This document shows positions 37,951-51,252 of a stretch of 64,000 nt of DNA, piece by piece. This DNA is from Octopus vulgaris (taxonomy: Eukaryota): assembly GCA_951406725.2 (NCBI GenBank), contig OX597842.1, positions 15,190,001-15,254,000 of the forward strand, in the 5' to 3' direction. Each line of letters starts with the position of its first letter. The first letter of the stretch is position 1. The position numbers and the translations under genes were made by a program. The notes under the pieces are model-generated. The model saw nothing but the letters and a program-made list of their open reading frames with translations. It was not told where the DNA came from and did not search any database.

Positions 37951-38458
37951 ATCACGGCTATTCGTCTGATAAGGGAACACCAGACACATGCATCACAACC
38001 ATATTTGCACGACATGGTGACCTCATATCAAGATTAACAGCGCATGACTTTGTACGTGGAATCCAGTTAGAATTTTCTTCTTGTCGGGTAGCACATCCCG
38101 CTCAAAAGATACATGAACAAGGGTTGTTAAAGAATTTTGAACGGAACACCCATGTTTCCAAAGGGGAATTATTCAAGTCCCAAAGAATTCCTATCAACAC
38201 ATGTCTATGATGGCCCCACCCCTTCGTGATCAGAGATGCACATATTGTCAGTAAGTTAGGGGCATTCTCCACTGGTTACGGTCAAACATCTGACAAGCAA
38301 ATCTGTGGTATTAAGCAGAATATTTGCTGTAGCTCATATTTCATACCAAGACAAAACATGTTCATGTTAACACTTCCAGTCATATAATATCTCAGACCCT
38401 GAGAGTCAGTGCCTGAGACTGTATCAGGGCATGAATAGTTGTTGTTGTTGTTATTACT

Positions 38459-39685
38459 TAAGGCCGTGAGCTGGCAGAATCATTAGCGCGCCGGACGAAA
38501 TGCTACGTTCGATGATGAAATTCCGCCGAGGTCGGCTTAACATATCATCCTTTCGGTGTCGATAAAATAAGTAACAGTTGAACACTAGGGTCACTGTACT
38601 CGACTCATCCACTTCCTCAAATTTGCTGCCCTTGTGGAAAATTTGAAAGGATAATTATTATTTTGGTAAGTATTCGAGCTGGCAGAATCGTTACCACACC
38701 GAGCAAAAATCAGTCGACTTCGCCTTTCAACCTTTCGGTGTCGATAAATTACGTACCAGTGAAACACTGGAGTCGACGCAAAACGTAAAGACAGTCGAAA
38801 TGCTTCTTTCTTTACTACCCACAAGGGGCTAAACACAGAGGCGACAAACTAGGGCAGATAAACGGATTAAGTCGATTATATCGACCACAGTGCGTAACTG
38901 GTACTTATTTAATCGACCCCGAAAGGATGAAAGGCAAAGTCGACCTCGGCGGAATTTGAACTCAGAACGTAGCGGCAGATGAAATACCGCTAAGCATTTC
39001 GTCCGGCATACTAACGATTCTGCTACTTCACCGCCTTTTGATGATATGAAATATTCTTTTCTACACTAGCCACAAGGCCAGAAATTTTTGAGGGGAGGAG
39101 CCATCTTTTTGTACCCCAGTACGAAAAGATGAAAGGCAAAGTTTGACATCGGCGGAATTTGAAATCAGAACGTAAAGACAGACGAAATGCCGCTAAGCAT
39201 TTCGCCCGGCGTACTAACGTTTCTGCTAGCACGCCGCCTTCAAGAATATGTTCTAGTCTAGGCACAAGCTATGAAATTTGGTGGGAGGAAGCCAGTCAAT
39301 TAGATCGACCCCAGTGCGCAACTTGTATTTAATTTATCGACCCCGAAAGGATAAAAGGTAAGTCGACCTCGACGGAATTTGAAATCAAAAGGAAAAGACA
39401 GAGGAAATATCTATTTCTTTACTGTCCACAAGGGGCTACACACGGAAGGGACAAACAAGGACAGCCAAACGGATTAAGGCGATTATATCGACCCCAGTGC
39501 CTAACTGGTACTTATTTAATCGACTCCGAAAGGATGAAAGGTAAAGTCGACCTCGGCGGAATTTGAACTCAGAACGTAGCAACAGACGAAATACCTATTT
39601 CTTTACTACCCACCAGGGGCTAAACGAAATACCGCTAAGCATTTCGCCCGGCGTGCTAACGGTTCTGACAGCTCGCCGCCTTGAT
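38459..39685. mobile_element. Cluster of tRNA-derived SINE copies (Nin/Deu-type core) in both orientations
   Basis: Repeated gagctggcagaatcgttagc..., gagttcaaattccgccgaggtcgactttgcctttcatcctttcggggtcgat; + copies at 38459-38770, - copies at 38780-39685. Confidence 0.85.
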
Positions 39686-39793
39686 TATACAAAATATTAA
39701 CCAAGATCTGATATCGATATTCTTAATTATATTCAGCCCCTGCAAAACTATATAAGACTTTATAATTCATTATTGCTTTTGTTGTTGTTATAG

Positions 39794-39938
39794 GCAGTGG
39801 CTGCTCTCATACATTACTTCCTTATGACATCTCTTATGTGGATGACTGTAGAAGTACTTCATGTCTGTCTTGCTGCTGTTGTTGTATCACAAACTGTTCA
39901 GAGATCTTTTATGATAAGGAGTTCAATTCTGTCCTGGG
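39794..39938 (+). CDS. aGPCR exon: TM3/ICL2/start of TM4
   Basis: ttatag acceptor, G|gtatgt donor; AVAALIHYFLMTSLMWMTVEVLHVCLAAVVVSQTVQRSFMIRSSILSWG; phase 0 to 1. Confidence 0.94.
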
Positions 39939-40005
39939 GTATGTACAAAGTTTTTTTCTTTTTCTGCCTCTAACTTTATCTCTTTCATATATATACACAC
40001 ACACA

Positions 40006-40058
<53 letters not shown>

Positions 40059-41427
40059 GTGTGTGTCAAACACACACAGGCACATGCACACACATACATC
40101 GTCTTTAAGCTTTTAGTCATTGATGGGAAAGGGGTCACTTGGAACACTCGAACCCAGTATATCATTCTTATTGATTCCATTGAGACAAAAGTGATTGAAA
40201 GAAAAAAATTGACTTTCATGGGACTTGAACTCTGGGTACTAAACTAAACACTGTTAATCAGTAACTTTGAGTATTAAATGAAACACTGTAAATCCAGTGA
40301 AGCTTCAATTTATTTTTCTTCTTTTTTGTGTATATTATTCAACTGTAATATTACTGGAAGTTCTAACAATCATTCTGTAAATTTTCTAGGAAGGCGCTCT
40401 ATATCACGAATCCTCTGCATCCTTATCAAGCTTACAATATTTAATAAATAAGATTTGAGGTTAGACATTAAATTCTTGTGGTTTAAAAACAAACACCATA
40501 TTGATTACGTGTCTGTCTCACAGTAAAATCCAAATTTCTGAACCCAGGAGCATTAAGCCCCGACTGCAAACTCCCACTCTTCTACTGTTGTTGCTTAATA
40601 CTAAGTCAGCACCGATCCAGCGCATATATAATTGGAGACGTTCTTTCTTAACATAACCAACTTGGAATAGGGAAGATGTCAATTAGCTAAATAATAAAGA
40701 GTGGAATTAGATATAAATTTTGACTTGATTAGTATAATAACTAAGCGAAAGATAAAGGCAGCTAGCTAGTTTGTTGTTTATTAGGAAGGTAGTGTTGGTT
40801 AGTGTGGTTAATATTCATAATTTCAGCTTGGATAGATCGATAAATTGATGAGGAAGTAGTTGAAACGAGATGTATATATATGGATACAGAAGTGCATCAT
40901 ATATATTTATATACACACAGCATAAATGTAAACCATAAGGAAACAGATTCTCAGGGTTAGCCATTTGGGAAACCTAAATTGATTTTCCTTTTCATGAAGT
41001 AGTTTCTGTCTCTGATCTTATCTCTAGAATAAAACCAAGTGTTATCCATTTTACACTTTCATCTGACGCACCATGTAGTTTGTGAAGACGTTAATGAGAG
41101 CGCATTTTTGTTGTCCTCCATATAATTTAGTCTTCATACAATTGCCGAGAATTCCCAAAATATTGTAATTACTGTTTCCCACTGGAAATTATAGCTGAGA
41201 GAATCGGAGTTAGATATTTGTGACACCTATTTATAGGAATTTAGGAACAAATAGTAAAAACTGACCCATGTGTGGATCGAAACAAATATTGAATTTGAAT
41301 TGAACTACACGATTTTTTTTTCTGACCAAAAACATTTCCAACTTAATCGATTCAAATTTCACATATTTGTTATTTTAAATATTGATTAATATCTACATAA
41401 ATTAATTAATGTATATATTGTTGCCAG

Positions 41428-41500
41428 GTCTTCCAATGATCATTGTCACAGTTACTCTGGCAATTAACTACACCAACAATTACATCAGAATTGAACAAAC
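41428..41500 (+). CDS. aGPCR exon: TM4/ECL2
   Basis: tgccag acceptor, AC|gtaagt donor; GLPMIIVTVTLAINYTNNYIRIEQT; phase 1 to 2. Confidence 0.92.
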
Positions 41501-42969
41501 GTAAGTATTTCTGCCTTTTATTCACCGAATCTTCTCAGGTCTTCACAACTAATATTTAGGTTATGGATCAAATGTAATCAAACTAAAACAACGACTTTTA
41601 TTCCTGGAAGCTACCCTACTCCACTAATATTCTTAATGATTTTTTCTTTCACAGAAACATGTATCTCATTTATCCCCCCACTCAATTCATAAGACTAAAA
41701 AATACAACACCCTGTAAATATCAACACGCATGACTAGCAGAGAAATTTGAATAGTAGAAATATTTATGTGTCTAACCCGATAAAGTACAGTGGTGTCCTC
41801 CAATTTGATAACAGGAAGTTGAAATAATTTATTTCATTTTTTTGATGTAATGAAGTTGTGTACTCGAGTCCATGTGTCTCACTTAATAGCGCCGCCTGAG
41901 AGAGTCTTTCAATTCTTTTAAAACTCAGGTTTCATATCATAACAGCCTATTTAAATAGGGAGCTGCTATTGATTGTGATATGTCCAGATACAGGTTGTTT
42001 GTCTTGTTGGTACATTTTGAAGTCATTTGTCCAGATACCATTTGAAGGTGATGGGATATTTTTCTTCGTTCTTTCCTTTTGGGTCAATAATGAAAAAAAC
42101 ATAATTGGTTTACAACGTGGCTATGTGTTGTAAACTTCAATTGTGTGGAATCCGTATAGCACCGGGTTTCAGTCCTGGATGGACTGTAAACTTGATACTG
42201 CAGTCGTTTCAGTAATGCTAGTGATATATTCTCCACATTGTGCGACTGATATATACACTCACGCTGGCGTTGGAGAGAAATAGAAAGAGTTTCAATGTTT
42301 TTAAGACAATCCAGAGAGACAAGACCTATCATACCACTTACTTTTGTATTTATATCAATTACTCCCTGGAGTGCCTCAATTTTCATGTTTCCTTGTGTGT
42401 GTGTGGCGGGGGATACTACTGTTATTAGTGGTGGAATATAAATCTGATTATCAAACTTTCGCTTTTAACCTGCTCACATAAAAGAAGACAACAATACACC
42501 TCAACGTAGCTTCATTCTGAAAATGAAATGCTGAAGAGGCAAACATTTTTGTTGAAGCACTTGAGAAATTTACTGTTCCAAACAAAATACAAAGAATTCA
42601 AGAAAATGTAAACAGTTCTTGAGAAAACAATAATATTTCTATTACATGTTTAAAAGTAACTATTCTTCTCTTCTTTCCTCTTATATGCATGCATCTACGA
42701 ATACATGTATGTATATATTGTGTATGTATGTATTTATTTATGTATGCACTCGTAAGGATAGGAAGGTGTTTTTTGCGTATTTGAATATTGAAATATTGGA
42801 TTAGAATATCTGATTTAGCAATGTACATAACACACTGCAAGTGCGTTGAAGGCTTTTCATTTCATTTTGGATCAAAATCACTTCGCATTATTCCCTCTCT
42901 GACTCTTCAATTCGATGACATTTGATAATTGTTTTGTTTTTCCTTAATCTATCCTCTATTTCTTTATAG

Positions 42970-43361
42970 ATGTTGGTTATCAGCGGTACCGTTCTATACT
43001 GCTCTTGTGGCCCCCATGGGGATCATTCTCATCTTCAACATTTTTATCTTCTCTATTGATGTCTGGTACTTAATGACATTACACACTAACGAGACATTTG
43101 AACTCGAAACAAAACGAACACGTATTTTGGGCATCGTTGGCGTGTTTGTCCTGTTCAGTGCGGCGTGGATCTTAGCATTCTTCAGTTTTGGTGAAACAGA
43201 TGAAGTGTTTACCTTGCTCTTTGCCATATTCAATATGCTTCAAGGAATGTTTGTCTTCTTTTACTACTGTATATACACGAAAAATACCAGAGATGTCATT
43301 TTTTCATGTGTACATAAAAGAAAGGAGGCGAATACCAGGGAAAATGTTACGTACAATAACA
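42970..43361 (+). CDS. aGPCR exon: ECL2 CWL, TM5-TM7, helix 8
   Basis: ttatag acceptor, A|gtaagt donor; CWLSAVPFYTALVAPMGIILIFN...FAIFNMLQGMFVFFYYC; phase 2 to 1. Confidence 0.94.
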
Positions 43362-43567
43362 GTAAGTACAATTTGCTCTTTCCATTTCCTACGACCGCCA
43401 AAACCGGGAGCAGAGTTATCAAAAAGGGTTTAAGAACAAATATCACTTCTAACAGCACAATGACTTATTGACAGCATCAGTCTTAGGATTCACACCAACT
43501 CCACCATTGCTGCCGTCAACATCATCATCAGTACACACACACACACACACACACATACACACGCATA

Positions 43568-45153
43568 CAGCGTGGGAAAATAAATATTCGCACATGTCAA
43601 AATTCTTTATTTATTTAATTTATAATGAACATAAATGGGATATACCAATACTATATTTGCATACACATGCATAAACTAAGAATATGCAAAAGAAACTAAT
43701 AAAGTATAGTAACTAAGGAATTTATATTCAATTATAAATATTTAGGGGCGAAAAAGTATTCGTACAGACCATAAATAACTGATAATTCTGATTTAATACT
43801 TCGTAGCATAACCATTATTCAGTTCCACTTCAACCAATCTCTTCTTGTAGTTCTTAAGCAATGACTCGTATGTTTCTCTAGGATTTTTTCCCATTCTTCT
43901 TGACAAAGTTTCTTCAAATCTCCAATGTACGTTGGGGCTCTTGAATGAATTTTAATTTTTAAATAACGCCACAAATTTTCAATGCGGTTCAAGTCAGGTG
44001 ACTGGCGTGGCTATTCTAATAATGTTATATTGTGATCGACAATCCATTTTTTCTTGGTAGACTTCGCCGTGTGCTTAGGGTCGTTACCCTGTTGTAAAAC
44101 CCACCTTTCACAAAGCTGTAGCTTTTCTACAGAGTCCCATAAATTATTGTTCAAAATATTTTGGTACATCTCTGCATTCATTCTACCATCTATCACATGT
44201 AAATTGCCAGTACTATTTGCAGAGAAACACCCCCACACCATGATGTTGCCACCTCCAAACTTTACGGTAGGAATTATGTTTTTCCTCCAAACAGGGTTAC
44301 TCGAACTTCGTCCAAACAATTCAATTTTCGACACGTCTGTCCATAGAACATTTTCCCAGAATGTATCAGATTTATCTTTATGCTCATAAACAAATTCTAA
44401 ACGGGCATCTCTATGCCTTTTAGTCAAGAGCAGAGTTTTTCTAGGAGAGCGTGACTTCAGTTCATTCCTATGAATTTCATTGCTGATTGTTCGTAGTGTA
44501 ACACTAGTCCCTGAAGCTAACAAATCTTCTTGCAACTTCTTTCTGGTGATCATTGCGTTTACTTCGATTCTCCATTTCATTTTTTTTAAGATCTAGGGGA
44601 ACTCTTGCGTGGTGCACCGGATCTTATTCTGTTTTCAACAGTTCCCGATTCTTTATATCTTTGAATAAATGAAAATATGATAGTAAATGCAATACAAAGG
44701 AGCTCTGGTATTTTCCTGTAATTTTTACCTGCTTTCCATTGTTAAGTAATTAAATTTTTCAATGACTTTGTGAGTTCTTTACTTTTCACCATTCTTACGA
44801 TACTACTTTATGTTGTCTCAGTGCTGAATGAAGAAGCTAGTGTTTTGACACTTAAAAATGACAACTGATAAGATTATTGGAACAAACGAGAAAGTTCTAG
44901 TAAAAAAAATTATTTTAACAATATTTTGTGGCATAGAAAATCATAAATGTATTCTTTACGAATACTTTTTTCACCCCTAAATATTTATAATTGCATATAA
45001 ATTCATTAGTTATTATAATTTATTAGTTTGTTTGCATATTCTTAGTTTATGCATGTGTATGCAAATATAGTATTGGTATATCCCGTTTATGTTCATTATA
45101 AATTAAATAAATTGAGAATTTTGACATGTACAAATATTTATTTCCACCACTAC

Positions 45154-45154
<1 letters not shown>
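43568..45154 (-). mobile_element. Tc1 (DD34E) transposon with ~200-bp inverted repeats (IR/DR type), inactive
   Basis: 43568-43768 is the inverted copy of about 44952-45154. VLWTDVSKIELFG, VKFGGGNIMVWGCF, QQGNDPKH (D>G), and a stop just before QSPDLNRIENLW. Confidence 0.92.
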
Positions 45155-45233
<79 letters not shown>

Positions 45234-45489
45234 ATAATATGTGATAATTATTCGGTAGCCATGATAAAACGCCGAGTTTCGAATGTCGGGGTGTAAAGTC
45301 GGGGAGTAAAGTTAAGGGAGTAAAATGTTCATAGTAATCGCGTAAATGCGCACGTCCATACATACACATGCGCGCACCCATACCCACGCACATGCGCCTA
45401 TATTTATATACTCATCCATCCTCACTTGAGACACATACATGCTCACCTACACATTCGCTCAAAAATATATACATACCCGCATACACGCC

Positions 45490-46113
45490 CTGGTGAAGAG
45501 GTAGAAGTCAACAGGTGCCTAATTTAGCGAACACGGCAGGTGTGGAAGCGATAACATTTTGTTTCTGGCGAGAAACTTACGAATGAGGACTCAGTGACAG
45601 AGTGCATTGTTGCCGTGAAGAATCCAGTTCTTCCTGCTACACAGATCCTGTCGCTTTCGCAAGATCTTCTCAAACACTGATGAATGTTCTTCAAATATTA
45701 GGATGCGACGTTAACGACAGATTTTCCATCTCGCTCCTCGTTTTCCAGTGACGTTCTTCCACTTATGAAACGCCCGCACCACTCGAAACATTTTGTAGGA
45801 CTCATTATCGCTTCACATAAGTTTGCCGAAGCATGCTTAATGTGTTCCTTGCAGACTTCCCAAGTTAAACCCCTAATTTCACGTTAGCTCTTCATTATTC
45901 CAGCTTCCTGTCCATGACAAAAGTCGTAGACTACAGCAGACACGCGATCACAAAAGAAGACAAATTTCACAACTTGTGAAGTAAACACAGCGATATCACT
46001 CGGCACACGACCTCGTGAAGGTTACTGCTAGCTCTCATGGCCACGCTACCGTGTGCTTCGATGTGTTGGCGCGCAACAGAACTAGTCCGGGAACATTTTG
46101 ATATCACTTCGTA
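45490..46113 (-). mobile_element. mariner fragment
   Basis: Minus strand starts tacgaagtgatatcaaaatgttcccggactag (mariner-type TIR), with decayed HTH-region codons downstream. Confidence 0.55.
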
Positions 46114-46200
46114 TAGTCACAATTGCGGTTATATATCAAATATAAGAGATTATTGTTTTTAAAAATTGATATTTTATGTAAGTTTTCTCATTGTTTCCAG

Positions 46201-46265
46201 GTTCAACTAACAGTGAAAGAACAGAAGTTGAATTAGTAGAAACGGGCCCATACATATATATATGA
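46201..46265 (+). CDS. aGPCR terminal coding exon (probable)
   Basis: ttgtttccag acceptor in the required phase 1; SSTNSERTEVELVETGPYIYI* followed by AT-rich sequence and AATAAA at 46531. Confidence 0.65.
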
Positions 46266-46530
46266 AAAACAAATGGTTTTGAAAACCTCATTTTTCTCTA
46301 TACATATTTCTATACAAAAGAACTTTATTTTTATCTATCAATACAACACTATGAAACTGAGAGACTGTATAAAGCACAATGTGATTTAAACACGGTTTAG
46401 TAACTTTTCCTTTTTATTTTACACGCAAAATCTAAAATCATATGGTTTGATTTGTAATTCTATAGATGTTTTCTAGCTGCCAATTTCACTTTTAATTTTC
46501 AGTATAATCTTCAGTTTTTCTTAATGAAGT

Positions 46531-46536
46531 AATAAA
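46531..46536 (+). promoter_or_regulatory. Candidate polyadenylation signal of the aGPCR
   Basis: First AATAAA I noticed after the stop codon, followed by GT/T-rich sequence; weak evidence in AT-rich DNA. Confidence 0.35.
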
Positions 46537-47592
46537 TGTGTTTTCTTTGTACAAACTATTTTACTTTTAGTTGAAGCATCGCAATATTGCAATCTTAGTT
46601 CAAATCGTGTCTGAGAAAGGGAGAGGGAGAGAGAGAGAGAGAGACATTGATTATTTCTTCAGTTACTAATTACTCCTCTAAAAATGTGCATCATGGTTAT
46701 TAGCTGATTAGATTTATAATCCGTTATCTAATTATTATTATTATCAGGTCTCTCACTTGTCATTGTCTTACTTTTATCTGATAATAAACATTTCACAAAC
46801 CACTGCGTTTACAACCAGAGAAATGTATGTATTTCTGCCTCTTAACTTGTATTCTCTTTAAACATTAACACAAACATCTGTATTCGCATCCCGGACTGAC
46901 TACTTTGAATCAATCAGGAGTTTGGTACCAAATAATTTCAAAAACGTACATAACATCTAATTACCATTGAAGATTCGTTGAGAGAAATAAACAAAATTTT
47001 ATAATAAATTGGTTATGTTTACACATCCTGTTGCTTATAATTATATCCGTACATGTTTGGGTTAGAATTTCCCCATATAACATGATAGGGCAATAATTGA
47101 AAATTCAACCAACTTTACCTTATTTTCAGTTCATTAAGAATATTCACAAAGATGGATGAGATGGGAACTCAGAAATCTGTGACTTGAAAGTGATATGAAA
47201 TATATGACATACATATCCAGCCCATACCAGTGTGGAGAATTAACATAAAACACTTTGATGATACTAATAATGATGACACGCAACTTAACATTCACCTCAA
47301 ATACAAAAAACATAAATGGATCATGATTATAAAAGAAAGAAATAAAATTAGATAAATTAAGAAAACTTAGTGGAAATTCCATAGGTTTCGCAACTGAACA
47401 TAACTTATAAACATCTTTTTCAATTCAAACTCTTTCTTCCCAAATATAACTTACTTAGCATAATATGCCCAGTAATAAAAAAAAGGCTCAATATAAATTT
47501 TCTTTGATGAATAAGTATTGTTTAAGTTAAAATACAGAAAGTAAAATAATTAATGAAAAAACTTATTCAGACTTCACAGGGCTAAACTTTCA

Positions 47593-47800
47593 TTTATTAC
47601 ATCCGCCTTAGCGAAGGCGGAGATATTGTTTTCAGATGTAGTTGTTTGTCCGTGGACAAGATATCACAAGAACCATGGGATGGATTCGACGAAAGGTTCA
47701 GGTATGTTTGTCCTGACAAGCACTAACTGATTAGATCTTGGAAGTTACCCGGTACCGGACAAGAATTCTGGATTATTCGTTACAGTTACTTTACATAATT
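47593..47800 (+). mobile_element. Helentron-associated (HINE/DINE-like) fragment
   Basis: ttattacatCCGCCTTagcgAAGGCGGagatattgttttc...gtttgtccgtggacaagatatc sub-terminal hairpin and GTYY tract. Confidence 0.5.
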
Positions 47801-47919
47801 ACGATCTTAAGTCAACATTCAAGTGTTTCCTAATTATCTCCCTTTAGGCTGTAACTATTTTCAATGGTGACTTTGACACTGAAACAGTAACTCTTTTGTA
47901 CAATTAGATCCACGTATAG

Positions 47920-48460
47920 TTGTCTTTTTTAATGATATGCCACAATATCAGTAAGATGCCTCAGTAATATGCTTTCTCTTCTGAATGAATAGAACCATTT
48001 TTGAGAGAATAATTTATCACAGATATAACAGTGATATTTTTTTTTCTCCAGTATGAATATGTTTGTGTAAAGTAACTTTACTACTCGTTGGGAACGATTT
48101 CCCATAAACATCGAATTGGAATGGCCTCTCTCCTGTATCAAGTCCTTTTGAATAGTTAAAATAGTCATTTGTTAGAATGATTTACCACAGATGCCATAGA
48201 GATGTTGCTTTCTTTCCGCTGTATGAGTGCATTTGTGTTTAGTCAGGCCACAATTTCTAGAGAAAGATTTCCCAGAGACACCAAAAAGGTATGGTTCGCT
48301 CTCCGACGAATGAATTTATTCTTAGTAAATGGCTTCTTACAGAGAAAGGTTTACCGCAAACTGAACGCTAATATCGTTCCTCGTCTGTAAACGGATTTAC
48401 CACAGACATTAAAATGATAAGGCTTCTCTCCCGTATGAATCTATGTGTATTTACTTAGTG
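47920..48460 (-). pseudogene. Decayed C2H2 zinc-finger array
   Basis: Minus strand IHTGEKPYHFNVCGKS and HKHIHTGEK.KYHCYICDKLFSQ, plus further CGKSF remnants, with stops and frameshifts. Confidence 0.85.
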
Positions 48461-48782
48461 CCCTGAGTTTTAAACTGGTATGAGTCCTTAGGTAAACTTA
48501 TCAACGACGAGAAAGTTTTAGTAAGTTCGAATGAAGATATATAATAAATCTCTGAGCGAGGTATAAACAGTAGCTGCACGACATCGTGAAGTATATTTGT
48601 CACATAAATATGGCTAACCCTTAAGGATGGCTTCCCTTTGCAAATACAGATAGGGCACAAAATGTGCGTCAATAGCCAGCTGGGGGAGGTATCCTCCTGG
48701 GGCAACAAGCTACGGTAGCATCCACCCTTAAGAGTTAGCCACATTTAAGTGACAAATATACTTATATACTTCACGATACATA

Positions 48783-48859
<77 letters not shown>

Positions 48860-48863
48860 ATAG

Positions 48864-48927
<64 letters not shown>

Positions 48928-48982
48928 AATATTAAATTTCTAAATATCTCATAGAGATATGTACGGTGGTGTGGCGATATAA

Positions 48983-49280
48983 TAGTTGTATACTGTCAAT
49001 TTAACGTGACAGTAGGGGATTACACCACCGCTGTTTAGCCCTAGGAAGCATCGAAGTCTTCCTGTCGGCTTCGACACATTTATGGTATCCTTATATATAT
49101 TTACGAAGGGGAGACAAATACCCTCAACTGCTAGGACTGCATCTAGAGACACGCATGTTTCAGGGTCTTTGCCCATCATCGGTCTTGAGTAGCAAAAGCC
49201 TGCTAGCTACAGGTGCTTCCTAGGGCTAAACAGCGGTGTGTAATCCCCTACTGTCACGTTAAATTGACAGTGTACAACTA
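48983..49280 (-). mobile_element. 298-bp element with ~67-bp terminal inverted repeats and an internal hammerhead motif
   Basis: 48983-49050 and 49214-49280 are near-perfect reverse complements; hammerhead motif on the minus strand at 49143-49187. Confidence 0.75.
49143..49187 (-). ncRNA. Type I hammerhead motif with one core change
   Basis: caaga-CCGAUGA-u-ggg(caaaga)ccc-u-GAAAC-augcgu-GUC-ucuag. Confidence 0.55.
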
Positions 49281-49298
49281 GTATATATATATATGTGT

Positions 49299-50285
49299 TG
49301 TTACGAAACCTGCCGTCGCTCAAACTTCGAACCCGGGACACTACTAAGTCGAGCGACGACGATTTACCGGCTCAGTCGAACCGGGAATCCGCCACAGAGA
49401 GAGAACGGTGGTGGAGGATGGCAGCGAACTCGAACTGGCGACCGGAGATAACAACAACAGCAGGAAGAGATACACGGCGGAAGGCAATAACTTACATTTA
49501 ACAACAATTATTACGACATCAAATACAATGTGAAACCCTGCAGATACATTAAAGAAAAAAACATGCAACAGGATTAACGTGAAAACAGCAAAATCAAAGC
49601 ATTTAAACACAACACGTCGTTCGAAAACGATGAAACAGTTCAGGATACACCAAGTCCGGAGACAAATGAAAACAGTTCAACATTAAATTCTTTCTAATTC
49701 TTTTCTTCCTCTTTTCCCTCAATTCACTATGTTCTTTATAGTCTCATTTCTTTTCTTCCTCTTTTCCTTCTTTCTTTTTTTCTTTGACACATCAATTCTT
49801 TTTTAGTTCAACAATTCTATTTTCTCTTCATCACAGATTACAATTTACGTCACAATTCTTTCTTTTACATTTCACATCAAAAGATAAACAACACATACCC
49901 TTACGAGCTCCTACTACAGATAGCCAATGCCTTCACGCCGTAATCTTCCTCTCTCGCTCTACATGTTCCCAATGCTATCTGTCTGTCTTTCTCAACGTTG
50001 TCATCCTCTCGCCATCGCCACCTTCTTGCCTGCTGTCTTTTGCCAACTGACTGTCTCTTCCGGCCTTCTCACTGTCTCAGACAGAACTGCCCAAACAAAC
50101 CGCGCGCGTCGCATTTTAAAGGGTGGTTTCCTTAACTCTGCTTGACCGGAACAGGGGCAGAGGTCTCTTCCAAACTCATTAATCTTTCCAGAAAGCGACA
50201 GAACAAAAGGCTTTAGCCGCCTGCCTGGCATCAAATCACAAAACCAGGCCACAAGCACTCTGTTTCTCAACTGACCTCCATATCA
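49299..50285. mobile_element. Candidate solo LTR (~990 bp)
   Basis: TG...CA termini (TGTTACG...CATATCA), GC-richer ends, inserted among TA repeats, no coding remnant; target duplication imperfect. Confidence 0.35.
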
Positions 50286-50472
50286 GTATATATATATAAT
50301 TCTTAGGAAATATATATAACTGCTAAAAAGAAGTACTATGGTCGAATCTGAGACAAAAGATAGGAATTAAGATATAAACTGAAATTAGGCAATCATATTC
50401 ATACATTTATAAATTCGACTTAAAATGCGTATATATTTTTTAATACCTTTCGAAACATGTTTCACGTATGTT

Positions 50473-50553
<81 letters not shown>

Positions 50554-50729
50554 GAGTATGTGTGTGTATGTGTGTGTCTGTGTTATATATATTATTATAA
50601 TTCAATAATGTATATATAGAACTCCCTTGTTGACCCCGTATCAGAGGGGTTTCACATACTAGTGTAGCACAATCACCGGTAGTGTTCCTGCATGACCACA
50701 GATTTCGGGATGAAACAATTTTAAGGATT

Positions 50730-50790
<61 letters not shown>

Positions 50791-50902
50791 CTGTGTGTGT
50801 GAATATACATGATATAATCTATATATAGATGCATATATATACATGTATATCTATATATATATATGTATAGATGAATATGTATATATATATATGTATAGAT
50901 GA

Positions 50903-50953
<51 letters not shown>

Positions 50954-51220
50954 TGTAATATGTACACATGTATATATATATATAAATACACATGTGTACA
51001 TACATACATATATACACCCATGCACGCATACATACACACACAAATATATATACATAAGTGCAGGTGTGGCAGTGTGGTAACAAAATTGATTCCAAAACAC
51101 AGGGTCCTGGGCGCATCAGCACTGTGTGGTGACTTGGCATGTGTCTTCTGCTATAGCCTGAGACCAACCAAAGCCTTGTCAGTGAATTTTGTAGACAGAA
51201 ACTGAAATCCAGCAATCGTG

Positions 51221-51252
<32 letters not shown>

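Noticed and set aside
38780-39685. Regularly recurring ~40-bp motifs suggesting a CRISPR-like array
   Set aside because: Eukaryotic context; the units are diverged SINE cores with non-unique intervening sequence.
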